Positions 27,235 to 41,384 of a DNA stretch of 64,000 nucleotides are shown here, one piece after another. The notes under the pieces were generated by a model. The model saw nothing but the letters and a program-made list of their open reading frames with translations. It did no database searches and was not told the DNA's origin. A program made the translations under genes and the position numbers. The stretch lies in the NCBI GenBank assembly GCA_951406725.2, contig OX597818.1, positions 143,840,001-143,904,000 on the forward strand, given 5' to 3'. Position 1 is the stretch's first letter. Every line of letters begins with the position of its first letter. The DNA comes from Octopus vulgaris (taxonomy: Eukaryota).

Positions 27235-27977
27235 TGTCGTGCGAGAGCACGTCGCCCTCTGGCGAGAATGGACCGGACCACTACATGTAAGTAGTAGTGG
27301 TCTGAATAAGTGAAATAGTTCCGCCGTCTCCTCTAAAAGGAGAAGAGAAATTCTGTTTTCTAGCCGTAATAGCTATTGCGAAAGCGGTGATATGGAAGAC
27401 GCGTGGAAGAGGTATCGCATCAGGCACCTTCGTTTCCGGGCATGCTTTGGTTAACCTCTTTTTATATCACCTAAGAGAGAAAGCATGTCTGGAGAAGAAA
27501 TGCTTGATGTCAAAAAAGGACAAAAGATGGAGGAAAGTAGCTCGAATGTTGGGTATGTAAGTGCCTAATTGAGCGGAGTGAAAAAAGGACCAAGTGAACG
27601 GTTCAACGCAGGAATGTGGTTGGTGGAGTCAAACCCATTCCGCCTACATTCATTTTTGTTTTTCATTTTCATCCGAAATTATAATATATTCATTCACATA
27701 TGTAACATCATTCGATAAGTCCCCGACCCCATTTGTCCTGTGTATTGTCCTCTCTTTCTTTAACCCTTGTGGTTTGAATAAAATCATCGTGCTAGTTCTA
27801 CAAGTGCGTTTCTTGATAGCACAAAGTTGGAGTTAAAAGCTTAGAGTTCGAGTTAGCGTGTTGGATTGTTGGTCCTTAAAAGATTGTTGTTACGTTCCGT
27901 GTGGTTACTGCCGTTTGTTTCGATTATATTGTCATTACACTGTTGCGATGTATTCGTTTATCAATAAGGATATAACA
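27235..27977 (+). repeat. Gypsy 3' LTR (about 743 bp); the 5' LTR survives only as about 90 bp at 23217
   Basis: TGTCGTGCGAGAGCACG..CTGGCGAGAATGGACCGGACCACTACAT matches TGTTGTGCGAGAGTACG..CTGGCGAGAATGGATTGGACCACTACAT at 23217. Confidence 0.8.
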
Positions 27978-28200
27978 TTAGTTTATCAGCATTGCTATCT
28001 AGTTTTCTGTAGAATTGCTGGTCCCTGAATTGTTCTAAGACCATTTCCCTGTAATGGTTCTTGTCCATTATTGCAATGGCTCTTCCTTCGTCAACTTCTT
28101 TAATGACTTCTTAATGAGTCTTCTTGTAGACATTGTAATGCTTTTTGTTCCTCATCTGTAATATTTTGTTTTAGTTAGCAGACCTTTTCAGACATATTAT
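27978..28200 (-). mobile_element. Penelope-like element, 5' part (pre-RT region), continuous with 21640-23216
   Basis: Translates IKEVDEGRAIAIMDKNHYREMVLEQFRDQQFYRKLDSNADK (ADKG-like motif). Removing the Gypsy and one TSD gives in-frame ..SNADKLTMSKTGKF.. Confidence 0.8.
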
Positions 28201-28829
28201 ATTTTCCTCCAGGTGTGTTACCTGCTAATTAATGCCACGAAACTCATTTTCGCCATAACTCAATAAATAAAGAGTTATTAGCTTTTTTAAAGTTTGGAAA
28301 TTTTGGTTAATTTTAGCCAATCGTAAGTCACAGGCACATTCATGCCAGTTTCCATAGTAACAAGCCAAACACAAGCTTTTGTCTGGAAAATAGCACGTGT
28401 TGACAAATATATTCTATGCGGATGCATGTGAGCCGATGCTGTGTTTGCTGCTCGTCCCCATCTGCTGCTTGTAAACTGGTCGAGAGATGTGCTAAAAATA
28501 ACAGCCAAAAAGCCCCCACTCATGTTTGCATGGTTGTATTGATTCCCGAGTGTAGAGTACAAATTCTTGAAAAATTTCTTTAAAAAAAATGTTATGTGGA
28601 GTTACATATCGTGCGTAAAGCAGAAGTTGATTTATTTGTGGTTTCATATTAAAACACGTCACATACAAAATGACAATTTACAAATCCTGTTTTCTGATTG
28701 GGTGAAAATGATCAAACTTAAAACCTCTATAACTTTTTTTTAAAATTTATCTTGAAAAAGTGAAATATCTCCTGAGATTTTAAAATTTTCAATAAACTTC
28801 GAAATTTCCACAGCTGCAGCCAAACAGAA

Positions 28830-30520
28830 AAGATTTGAGGTCACTATCAAAGTGGGAAGTCTTTTCTCTTGTTAGCTTTCAACCTCGTCCCCCAGACAAC
28901 CTCTTTCGGTATAGCCACCAAACAGAGGAACTTGCTAGGTTAAAGGATGGTGACGAGAGAATCTTAACTACAGACTCAGCTGTAAACTGGATCCGTCACA
29001 CACTCCATGGCCACTAATGTAAAGGTATCACCTTCACTGAAGTTCACGTCCAGGACTAACAACTTACTGTCCGAGCCCCGGATGTCCGCACCTTGAGACT
29101 TAAGGATTTTCAGAATAAAAGTGCCGCTCTACCGCCCTGTCACTCGATCCCGACAGCCCACAAGTTGAAATTATCTCATAATCATCAACAATTAGTGTGG
29201 GTGTCTCACTGATGTCAGTCATATCTGTTAAGCCACCTGAAGTCTTTGAGCAAGGGACTTTGCTTATAAGCTGCACTGTTCCTTTATACCCCCTACTCTG
29301 AGGACAGCCATGTTTGTCCGATAGGCCGGTTGATCCAAGCAGTAAATTTTAAAAGATCTTTGCAAAGCATTTCTAACGGGCGCCATCTACTAATGCACAT
29401 TTAAGAGTTTAGGAGCTGGAGCTCTTTCATCCCTTCCTTAACCCCTGGTTTCATTTTCATATCACTGGTAACTCCCGACTTTATAATTCCTCTTTCATAG
29501 ATACTTTTCCTTTGGTTTCTCATCTCGTTGCTTGGTGAGATCCCTGGTCCAGGGTGGCCTGAAGTAATTGAGGGGGTAGGTAAGTGTATTACTATATGTT
29601 CGTATTTCGTGTTATAAGTGATGAGGGTATTACTGTGAGATTCTCCCCTGGAACGGGTTTACTATTGTTTTGGCGATGCATGTTGCTGTTGTGACTGTTA
29701 TTGCTGGAATTGTTGATGTAGGTTTTGTTGTAGTTCTTGTTGCTGCTATTTTGTTTTTTGTTGCCTCTCTTGCAGGCTTTGTTGTAGTTGATGTTGACGT
29801 TGTTTGAGATGTGGTGCTAGCTGGAGCACATGTCTTCTTTCCGCTTCTCTTTGCTGTTGTGAACGGACCACCTTCAAACTGTTCGCGCTACCACATAAGT
29901 AGCATCTCAGTCTTCTCCCTCCCACTGTAATATTTAGCACTTGTCCCGTGTAGAGTTCTATATAATCAGGAATTTTGTTCAGATTTTCTGGTTTGACTTG
30001 GATGTTAACTACCAACCCAATACCGAATAAATTTTTCTGTCGATGCTTCTTAATTTCTAGAAGGAAATCAGATCCCTCTAGAAGTATCATATGTCCAATT
30101 CTAGCGGCATGTACGAAATGCTAATCTTTAAACGCGCCGACCTAAGTACGTCAGAATGAAAACAAAATCTCACTGAAGCACACACACAAAGTAGAATGGC
30201 TTCGTGTGGGTGCTTTTCTATTTGGGCATGAATGGCTTTTTCTACTCGTCGGTTCATAACCAAGACATGATGATAAATCACTGTTCTCTTGACTGTTTGT
30301 TCCAGAAAGTCGCGAGGTTCCAACAAAGATGCCTTTGTTTATTCAAAGTCGACTTGTTGCAAATGGCTTCGGCGTTGGTGGTGTTGCGGATTTCCAAAGG
30401 CTTAGTAAATGTAGTAGTGGCAGCATTGGTACATTGGTAGTAGTGGTGAAAGAGACGGTGAAGTTACCACCCGTTGCTGTAATGGTTGAAATACGGTGCT
30501 GCTATTGTTAACGTACTTTT
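28830..30520 (-). mobile_element. L1/Tx1-type LINE remnant: ORF1 plus a possible fragment of the AP endonuclease
   Basis: ORF1 pieces EPRDFLEQTVKRTVIY and LNITVGGRRLRCYLCGS. Downstream SKLLVLDVNFSEGDTFTLVA resembles the APE region. Confidence 0.6.
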
Positions 30521-30769
30521 TCTTCCCTCGGAAATAACAAGTTTGGGAAATTCAAATAAGACAATATATTTATAGGAAAATCTGCTGGCAATATAAGAAA
30601 AGAATCGACTAAAACTGGTATGAGATTGGTCATATCGCATTCTCTGGAATTTTACCAATCATACCGATAGAACTACCAAGGCAAATCGCCTAGATACAAC
30701 AGTAAAAAAACCGTATGGATAAAACTTGTCTCCTATATCATACAGTTGTCTCCATGGACAACAATATCG

Positions 30770-30995
30770 CAGCCAAAGAACTCATTATAATTGCAAAAGT
30801 ACAAAGGCTTAGTTATCGAGATTGCCAAAGTGTGAAAGATGAAAACCACTATGATACTATCATAGCGCACTCAGGGTAATAAAGAAGAGAACAGAAAAAT
30901 TCGTCGATATACCAAGAAAACAATGCTTTAAAGAAATCCAGAAAATAATCCTAATGGGCAATGGGTAATTTTAAGGAAGAGCCCTAGTACCTTAA
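30770..30995 (+). mobile_element. 3' fragment of an R4/Dong-type LINE
   Basis: KYKGLVIEIAKV*KMKT..FKEIQKIILMG..LRKS, the typical REL-LINE C-terminus. Confidence 0.55.
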
Positions 30996-31714
30996 ATTTC
31001 ATAGTTTTATAGCATTTTTATTGAGCACTCATGTGTACATTTGATTTTCAAAATTTATTCAGTCCTAGCGCTTTTCAACATCATAAATCAATCATCCAAT
31101 GTTTTAAAAAACATCATACCCGTTATCCACCTCAAGCGTTCAGGTGGGGCCCGTTGGATAGAGAACATATATCAAGAAATTTTTTTTTTAATATGGATGA
31201 CGATGATGATCATCATCATGATGGTGATGATGATCATCATCATGATTTTTCTTTATTTATTTACCACTAGGGCGACGATAAAAAGACACCATAAAGTGTG
31301 GAGATATACGTAGAATAGAATTACTTTAAAAATGTATCCTTAGTATACAGCATTAATAAAGAGTAATTAATGCAAGTATCCATAGTAAACAGCAATATTG
31401 GGTCTCCCCAATCTTTGTTGTCCAACTTACAGAATTATCCTTTACATGGTGTCATCCACTCTTGCCATTTTCACCACTTTCATCCATTTTTCAGGAAATT
31501 AACTCGAAGACACCAGCTTACTCGTCACTTTCAAACTTCAAAAAGTTGGCGAGGGCTCTACCAAAGAAGGCTCTCTCATTCCATTCACACGAGTGTTTTT
31601 TGCTATACTCATTAGACAAAGTACAAATGGTTGAGTCTATCAAAGTTTCTTACTTTTGAAATGCCAAAATAAAGCTGATCACATTTTAAAAGACAAGCTA
31701 TTTTCATAGTCGGT

Positions 31715-31900
31715 TTATCCAACAGATTCAGTTCAACAACTGTTAATATTTGTCCTTGAGATGTATCGATAGCCATAGCCAAGCTAAGTCTTACAGGAAA
31801 GAGAAGCCTTTTAAATTAGAGAAGAGAAGCCTTTCAAATTTAAGTGTCAATTCATTTAAATTTGGAGGTAAAAATTCGTGACTTTCAGGACATGGAATAT
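31715..31900 (-). mobile_element. Helitron Pif1-like helicase C-terminal fragment
   Basis: Translates ..LKFERLL / FPVRLSLAMAIDTSQGQILTVVELNL, resembling the helicase motif QFPVRLAFAMTINKSQGQTL. Confidence 0.55.
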
Positions 31901-32282
31901 CATATTTTAGACAGTGATTTTTATACCAATCCAAGGTTCTAGCGGACCTATCTAATGGTTTGTTTAATATTTGGCTGCTGTTTCTATATTGTCTTGCTAC
32001 TTATGGTAATTGTCTTTGTGGACTGATACATTTAAATATACATAAGATAGCCGATAGGTTGACATAATATATAGCGGTTCTTACATTGGCCCATACAAAC
32101 ACGTACATAAGGTACGAAGGGGTGCAAAGGAGGTAATTTGGATTTTATTCTAGCAGATTGAACTAACCATGTCGGCTTATGCATACATATATACATACAT
32201 AAGATTAGAGGAGATTCGGATGTCATTTCTAACAGATCGACATAAAATTTTAGGGCTCCTACGTTGGTCTACGCACGGGTGA

Positions 32283-32318
<36 letters not shown>

Positions 32319-33338
32319 GCACGCACACATTCATCTTTTTAACACCAGGATATGTTCAGATACTGATTTGCTTGCTATTTCTAACAGGTCTAACTATTAC
32401 GTAGATGACACCTTCCTTCTATTAGGTACAAATATGCAAACAGGTTTTTTTTTCCCGTTATTTTTGGTTTGTTTTACATAAAGCAGTAGCATGTGGCTTC
32501 AGAAAGATTTGGCTGTTATTTCTTCTAGGTCTAGCAATAATGTAGAATATGGTGTAATTTAATGCAGATTTAACTGCTATTTCTAGCAGGCTGAAATATC
32601 ATGATAATGTTTTGCTTTTTTTATTTAATTACTTTTTGTTTGTACTCGTCTCCTTTTATTGCATGTATAAACGCTTTTGCTAACACATGAGGCCTTCGAA
32701 GTGCTGCTGGACACGTTATTGGAAGTGGAGGTCAGAAAATATATTCTGGATTTTTTCTTCCACGAGTAGGATACATGTTGTTCGAAAACTCGGAATTCAA
32801 TGTTTACTTTAAAAAGCTGCCATAGGGGATAGCAATAAAAATATAAACCAATTCCATCATCTCTTCTGTTTGTCACTATCTAGGTCTTATTCTTCATGTG
32901 TTAGCAAACCCATGAAGAATAAGACAGACAAAGACAGACAGAGACAAAGACAGAGATACAGACAGACAGACAGATAGACAGGTAGGGAGAAAGAAAAAAA
33001 GATAAAAGAGTGATAGTTTGTAGTTTAGGAATCGAAAGAAAAGAAAGTTCTTACTATTTTCATTTAGGCCAACTGCTTCCAGAGAATTCTGCTTTTAAAA
33101 ATGTAGCCCACAACCTAAGCTGTTTTTCAAAGTTGTGAATTGAGTTAGATTTGGCTGCTTTTCCTCTAAATGAATATTATATAAAGCTTTCTTGCGAGAT
33201 GGGAAATAGTAAAATATATAGTTTCGTGGGATGCTAGTTTTGTATTTTCAAAATATAAGACGAGCATTCATGGAAACAATTCACACTCTCGCAACATATT
33301 CATGTATATTTACATAATTATTTATATACACACGTGTG

Positions 33339-33391
<53 letters not shown>

Positions 33392-33584
33392 CAGCACGGA
33401 ATTTTGTTCAGTGAACAGGTGGCGGTCTCAAAGCGAAGAAAATATTTTGACAAATTAAATTTAAATGTTGAAGTGAATCAAATGGATTTTGTGTGTTTCT
33501 TAAATGGCTTATAAACACCTTCCACGCTGCAATTGTTTTCGTTCCAGCACACGATCTCAGATCAGGTCACTTGCTATGCAAGTA

Positions 33585-33680
<96 letters not shown>

Positions 33681-33682
<2 letters not shown>

Positions 33683-34078
33683 TGCAGGAGTGGCTGTGTA
33701 GTACGTAGCTTGCTTACCAACCACATGGTTCCGGGTTCAGTCCCACTGCGTGGCACCCTGGGCAAGTGTCTTCGACTATAGCCTCGGGCCGACCAAAAAC
33801 CTTGTGAGTGGATTTGGTAGACGAAAACTGAAGGAATCCCGCCATATATATGTATATGTATATATGTGTGTGTGTCTATGTTTGTCGCCCCCAACATCGC
33901 TTGACAACCGATGACGGTGTGTTTACGTCCCCGTAAACTTAGCGGTTCAGCAAAAGACACCGATAGAATAAGTACTAGGCTTACAAAGAATAAGTCCTGG
34001 GGTCGATTTGCTTGACTAAAGGCAGTGTTCCAGCATGGCCGCAGTCAAATGACTGAAACAAGTAAAAGAGTAAAAGAA
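33681..34078 (+). mobile_element. Full-length tRNA-derived SINE, family B (CORE-like ccttgggcaag motif)
   Basis: A-box-like gtggctgtgtagta, B-box-like gggttcagtccc, internal (TA/TG)n and tail cagcatggccgcagtcaaatgactgaaacaagtaaaaga. Near-identical inverse copy at 45680-46088. Confidence 0.85.
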
Positions 34079-34106
34079 TATATATACGAATATATATATA
34101 TCGTAC

Positions 34107-34149
<43 letters not shown>

Positions 34150-34958
34150 TAAATATACGTTTGGGTATATGTCCACACACAGAGACACACACTCACACAC
34201 ATAATTCTTCTGAATTTAAGGTTTAAACTGAATTTTTTGTTTTGTTTTGCTCTTTCATACAGGTTGTTTCAAATGCGAAGGCGAACTAAATTTCGCTTGC
34301 ATACAAAAGGCTCCCTACCATTACAACTCGAAGTTTCTCAACTTACTAAAAATACCTGTTAAATTTCCCTCAAACCCCACCTGACCATCTTGGTTCAACT
34401 GAGATCAAACAACTAAAGTATCATTAAAATTACAACATCACAGATAGGCACATATTTTATTTTTATTGAGCGGAGGATTTTAATTTTGTTTTGTTTTAAA
34501 ATATTTATTTAATATATTTGATGAACCCCATGGAGAATAAATGCTAAAATCGATATCATCGGTGTAAGATACTAAATCATAATAATGATAAAAGTCCTGT
34601 GACTTTGATACAAAAATGTTGCAGAATGTTTGTATATCTGACACGTGGCTGATCGCAAAATAGGATAATGTGAATGCTCACCACTTACGAGATACTGGGA
34701 GAAGCACAAAATGAATTGTGATTTTGTTATAATACTTTACGAAAAAGTATGGCTGCTCCATCACGCAGGTGACTGCATAAGACTGTGCCAGCGTGTGTAT
34801 GCGTGTATGTGTATGTGTATGTCTGTATTGCGCGCGCGAGCAAATGTCCACGTGCGTATACAATTAGTCGCGCAAAGAAAACGGGTAAATTGTTCCACAT
34901 ATGCTAACACAAACGCATCCATATGTATACAAGAATCCATATACATATACTTTATGCA

Positions 34959-34989
<31 letters not shown>

Positions 34990-35012
34990 ACGCGCGCGTG
35001 CGTATACACATA

Positions 35013-35083
<71 letters not shown>

Positions 35084-35312
35084 GTATGTGTGTATATATA
35101 TATATATTAATGGGGGGAGGTCGGTTTATGGGATTACCCTGGGTTTCCCGTCCATATACATACACATGCATAGGTATATGTGCATATGCATATACATATA
35201 TGTGTGTGTGCGATTGTGTATGTATATATATATATATACACATACATACATACATACATAAATACATACATACATACATACATATATATATATATATGTG
35301 TGTGTGTGTGCG

Positions 35313-35364
<52 letters not shown>

Positions 35365-35649
35365 AATACATACATACATACATATATATATATGTGTGTG
35401 TGTTTGTGTGTGTGTATGTATGTATACACGCGTGCCGCGTGCACACACACACACATACACAACAAAGAGACAGAGGGAGATGCACATATGCATAATAAAC
35501 TGATGCATACTCACAAACACACACATATACATATAGATAGACATACAACGCAGAGTATGCAAAAAGGATATATGTGAATGTGTGCGTGCGTGCGTGCGTG
35601 CGTATGTGAGCGTGTATATATATGTGTGTGTGCGAGCGCGCGTGTTTGT

Positions 35650-35713
<64 letters not shown>

Positions 35714-36287
35714 ACTTGTACATATACATCCATGCATGCATATGTGATCATGTATGTATGTGTGTACGCGCGCGTATATATAAACTGTGTTTTCATATCA
35801 CGCCCGGGAATTATACAAGGCTTCAAATCTCGTGTAGAAGGAGGGACAAGGGTGGGGGGTGGGGGAAAACAAACAAAAAATATAATAAAGAAATAAAACA
35901 TTTTGACAGATGACGACCCGATTTCAATGGACGTCTTTCACGGTGTTGGACTCCCTGTCTCATTGTATGAATGAGCGGCTGAGGCGTCTCAGTTTTTACA
36001 CTTATTCTTGCAGCCCCTCCTGCCTGCCCCCCCGTCCACATCTTCCCCCCTCCGCTTGGCGTCCTGCCTTGTTACCTCTATTCAACAGGAGCCTTTTCTT
36101 TACCCCCTTCCATACTTCTCTCTTCTTTCTTCCTCCCACCACCACCCCCATCCTTTTTTTCCACTCTCTCTGTCGCGTTCTCCTCATCTCTTTTTCTTAG
36201 ACAAGAGCCGAGTGTTTGTTGTCCAACGTAGACCATTGGTTTCACCTGGTCTGGTCAAAGAGCTTAAGTGTATACATATGTGTGTGC

Positions 36288-36331
<44 letters not shown>

Positions 36332-36388
36332 ATGCACACGAACGCAAACAAATTATACACACACACATAATCACACATATATTATGTA

Positions 36389-36882
<494 letters not shown>

Positions 36883-37074
36883 GCGGGCGGGCGTGTGCGA
36901 GTATGCTTAATTGTGGATGGGTGTATGTATGTTTGTGTTGATAGACGAGTTTATATTCAACTGTTGTGCTTCCATTGTGTCCAAAGAAAGGCTAGGAGGT
37001 CCTCTACCTGAAAGGACATCACAGCATTTCATATTACACCTCGGCTAAAGACAGGTGTGTGTTGCGAGATGTGC

Positions 37075-37106
<32 letters not shown>

Positions 37107-37613
37107 CTTCTTCTTCTTCTTCTTCTTCTTCTTCTTCTACTTTCCCCTCTTCTTTATCCTTTCTTATTATTCATCATCAACGTCCTTACGTTTACCACCA
37201 AAACGTGAAGAGACAAATGCTGGGTACCCACAGACGATATTGGCTGCCGCGGCTGCTGATATTACCGCAGCGGCAAACGAGCAGGTGAGAGAATAGTGTT
37301 GAAAAAAATAAATAAATAATGAAATAAATCATTAAAAAAATCAAAATAAAAGTATAACAACAAATACAATTCTAAATTAATCCCTATGGAAAAAAAAAAG
37401 CTAGGATATTAAATAGCTTTACTCGTTCTTACCGACTGCCGTTCGGGAAGAGATGAATTGCTTTTATAAAATATATTTCTCGAAGAAAAAAGAAAGAAGC
37501 AAGAAACAAAAAGAAAAGAAAGAAAAATGGAAACATCCCACTTAGTTTTAAACTATTGTTGCTGAAGTGGCACGCTCAAATACTCCGTACATATATATAC
37601 ATACATATATATA

Positions 37614-37684
<71 letters not shown>

Positions 37685-38689
37685 GCACATATATATATAT
37701 ATATGTATATATATGATTTTTTTTTCTATATATTTTCATATATTTATTTATATCATTAAAGGGGAATATGGCTAAACAAAGTTAAAAGGAAAATAGAAAT
37801 AACTGCTATATATTTATGTTTGAGGCCTAATGAAATAATGATTTTATACATCGAATGACAAAAGGTTACACCTTTTTAGAAAACTCTAGTCTACTGAATC
37901 ATCTTCAATACACGACTGGTGTTTTATCGACCAATTAAGTTTAAAACCAGCCGTGGCTCATGGATCTTTAGCAGAATCAGGTCCACATCTGGTCAAGGAA
38001 AACTTTCTCCCTTTCACCCACTGTTCTCAGTAACCCTAAAAAGAGTCATTGGACGCTGTATTTTCTTCAGTGAGGCAGTGGCAAAAGAAAAGAAAAGCGT
38101 AAAAAACAAACCTTTCATGGAAAGGGAACTAGTAATGAAAAATATCGGCCCTTAATACTGAACGAGATTTAATCTAGCTCTCTACCGTTTTTCCTTACCG
38201 CACTGCTAAGACTAAATGAAATAAAATGATTCCCAGTATGTTATTAGGTAGCCCCAGGTCAGTCCTGATTGAACAATCCTCTAACATTCAAGTAATCGTT
38301 CGAACTCCGAGGCGCACTCCATATACCCATATTCCCAGTTTTTGTACGTCTCCGTCTTGCTAAGAATCATATAACACACCGACAAGCAGTGATGAATAGG
38401 GCGGGATGCAGTGCACAGTTTCCACATGCTGCACTTTTCCGCTCTCCAATTTATTTCTGTTTTGTTGGTATACGAAATGTTTTTGGTGCAATGACCAAAA
38501 AATGGGAAAGCTGCCTTGATGTTTTCTTTTACAAAATAGCAGTATTACTTGTCTGTCAATTACGGGTACCCTTCTACCCGTTTGTCATATAGTGTTACGA
38601 GTTCGTCATCCTTTAGAGATTAGAGACAGCAGCAATAGAGACACGAAATTATCATACAAGAGAAATGTATTAGTGAAGTTAATAAATGT

Positions 38690-38885
38690 TTCAAATGTTG
38701 GCACAGGGCCAGCAGGTTTTTGAGAGGAGGGGAAATCAATTACATCGATTCCAGCATTTGACTGATACTTATTTTATCGACTCAGAAAAGATGAAAGGCA
38801 AAGTTGACTTCGGCGGAATTTGAACTCAGAACTTATGCCGCCACGCCTTTTGACTGATGTGCTAACGGTTCTGCCAAGCTCACTT
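38690..38885 (-). mobile_element. tRNA-derived SINE, family A
   Basis: atgaaaggcaaagttgacttcggcggaatttgaactcagaa...gctaacggttctgcca is the reverse complement of the family-A body. Confidence 0.75.
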
Positions 38886-39714
38886 CCTTATTAGTAAAGA
38901 TAATAAATAATAAGGCGCCAAAGAGTCGATTTCAGAGCCAAGGGTTTGAATTCTGCCACCAGCAAAAGTTCTATGAATGAAAAGGACAATATCCCCGTAA
39001 CTCTAAGTACGATAAGGGCGATAAGACGTATTAGTTCGGCATTGAGTAAAAAGTGAATGAAATCGTCGAGTATTTTCGTGGATTGAATGCTGAGTTTATT
39101 GTTTCGATGAAAATTCAATGGAGTAGATTTATTTCTACTCAGCTTTACACTACGCAAATCAGAGTTAAGTACTAGCTTTGTGGATACTTTGAAATTTAGA
39201 AAAGATGTATTATATAAAAATTAAAATGAGTTTCTGGGGACAATTTCTGAATAAAACATGAATACTTTAGCGGAAAGAGGCTAAAAAAAACTTTTATTTA
39301 AGGAAACATCAATAGCTTAATTATAAATTTTGGTCAAAAGTAAAAAGGGGATGTAACATCAAAATCTAAATGATTAAAAATTGAATGTGGGCAAGCGAGC
39401 AGTGAGACGTCAAATAAAAGAGAAGCATTTTTGGAATAGTCGCCGTACTTGCGAAAGATCAGGTGTACTCCTCATTGCTTTGTTCCCATGCTTTGTTTTT
39501 AATTATTTTCTCCTTACTACAGGGGCAGTTTTAATTAATTAAAAGCTTTGACGTTCACTACATTAAGTATGCTCGGCCCCACTTAATTATATCAAGATTT
39601 ACTTGAGCCTAAAGTTGAGTTAAAGTAAAAATAACTTTCCACGTATTTTAAGAAGCAAATCATTTACGAATTCCGGATGCGGTGCTCAATTCTAGCGTCT
39701 GTTCTATAGTGATG

Positions 39715-39880
39715 GAGGAGCTGGTCGATTAATAAGTGCCTGATTGATACTCATTTTATCGACCCCGAAAGGAGGAAAAGCAAAGTCAACCTAGCAGAAT
39801 TTGAACACAAAATGTAAAGACGGACGAAATGCTTCTCAGCATTTTCTCCGGCATGCTAACGATTCTGCCAGGACACCGCC
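39715..39880 (-). mobile_element. tRNA-derived SINE, family A
   Basis: ttttatcgaccccgaaagg..caaagtcaacct..gaatttgaac..gctaacgattctgcca. Confidence 0.75.
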
Positions 39881-39943
39881 TTCCTTCTATCTGTATGTAT
39901 ATATAATATCAATCTTAAGTGATAAATAGGTAGGTAGGTTAGT

Positions 39944-39999
<56 letters not shown>

Positions 40000-41384
40000 T
40001 GATTGATTGACTGGTTGACCGATTGATTGATTAAACAATTGAGTAATTGGTGCTGAAATATATCCTGTTTATGTAAGTAGCATCTATTTTCTGTGTATCT
40101 ATGATTACGTTATCCATTGTACGTCTACTTATTTTAAGATAATAGAGTTAGATTTTGTCAACAACAAAAACTTTTTAAACATTTCCAGATGCTTCTTCAG
40201 TTAGTTGTTCTTGTGTGGCCACTGTTAAGTATTAAATAATAGATATATGGCTACGTAAGTAATATCAATTGACTAGTTACGATTCACAGATTAACGATCC
40301 TGATATGCCATCCCCTGCTGAAGTTGGGGATCACACGTCACACTCTAAAACATATCGTTCATCATATGGAAGTATACTATAGCATTTTGGGAACGATGTG
40401 TATATTCGTTGTCTTGTCTGTTAGTGTGTGCATGGTGGTTACGAGCAAAGTGAACTCATTCATAGTAAAAAATAAAAGGTACATTGCTGTTGGTAGTTGC
40501 TTTTAACTAAAAAGGTATAGTGTTACAACATAGTTTGTTACTGCCGTTGACTTGTTCGACTGTTGACTCCTATCGTTGCTTTTATAGTTGATATTCACAA
40601 ATTTATACTACAATTTTCGCTACTACGAAAAAATACAAACAATAGTGAAATTACCAAAATAACATAGAAAATAAGGCGAAAAAGTTGTCACAAGCAATAA
40701 GAAAATAACTCGTAGAAGCAAATATGACCCGCCTGTATTGGGAACGGCACACAGAGCTGTAAAAGCAATATCCGTTTTGTAGATATTACATTATGTACTT
40801 TTAACGTAATCTACAAAATCAAGTATCAGTTATGTGGCTTTAATGTAATCTACAAAATGAAGTAGAGTGTAGTTTCATTTGTACAACACTTTGTGCCAGT
40901 AACAATTTTTGCCAGTGACATGTGGGATCTGAGTGTCTTCAAAGATCTACGTCTGAGAATAATTCTTAGTATAGCTGATACAAAGGACTGATTTATGATC
41001 AACACAAAATATCGCCACAGAATGTAAGAGGGGGAAGTAGGAAACTACAGTAGGGCCACCCAAGAACTGGCAAACAATATGAAAAAGATCGCAAGTCGTC
41101 AGAAAACGTGCCAATACTTAAACTGGAATTATATGAATTAAAGTAGAAAGACATTACATTAATATGCAGAAATTATTTCAGTCGACTATACCTCTTGTTT
41201 GCAAAATCTTTAACCGTGTACGATTGAGAGAAACGGTTCAGCGTTCAAATCCAGCTAGCCTCGATTCTGATTAGCCGTATTTTCCTTCAGTTAATCTCTA
41301 AAACACAAAGCAGATTCGATGTATTATAAATAGTATTTTATTAGCAATGTTATGAAAAGAATTTATCAAGACTTAAAATTGATC

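Larger units (their letters stand above)
23217..27977 (+). mobile_element. Gypsy (Mag/K02A2.6-like) LTR retrotransposon remnant inserted in the PLE
   Basis: TG at 23217 and CA at 27976-27977, with a 5-bp TSD TTCGT/TTAGT (1 mismatch). Purine-rich PPT AAAAGGAGAGA precedes the 3' LTR. Pol motifs 24700-27000: WVTPMV, YTRLPFRL..APAVFQKIMD, YLDD, RNase H TDHR, integrase HSGHPG, SDNGTQF and PYHP..GQIERFVDTFK. Confidence 0.85.
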
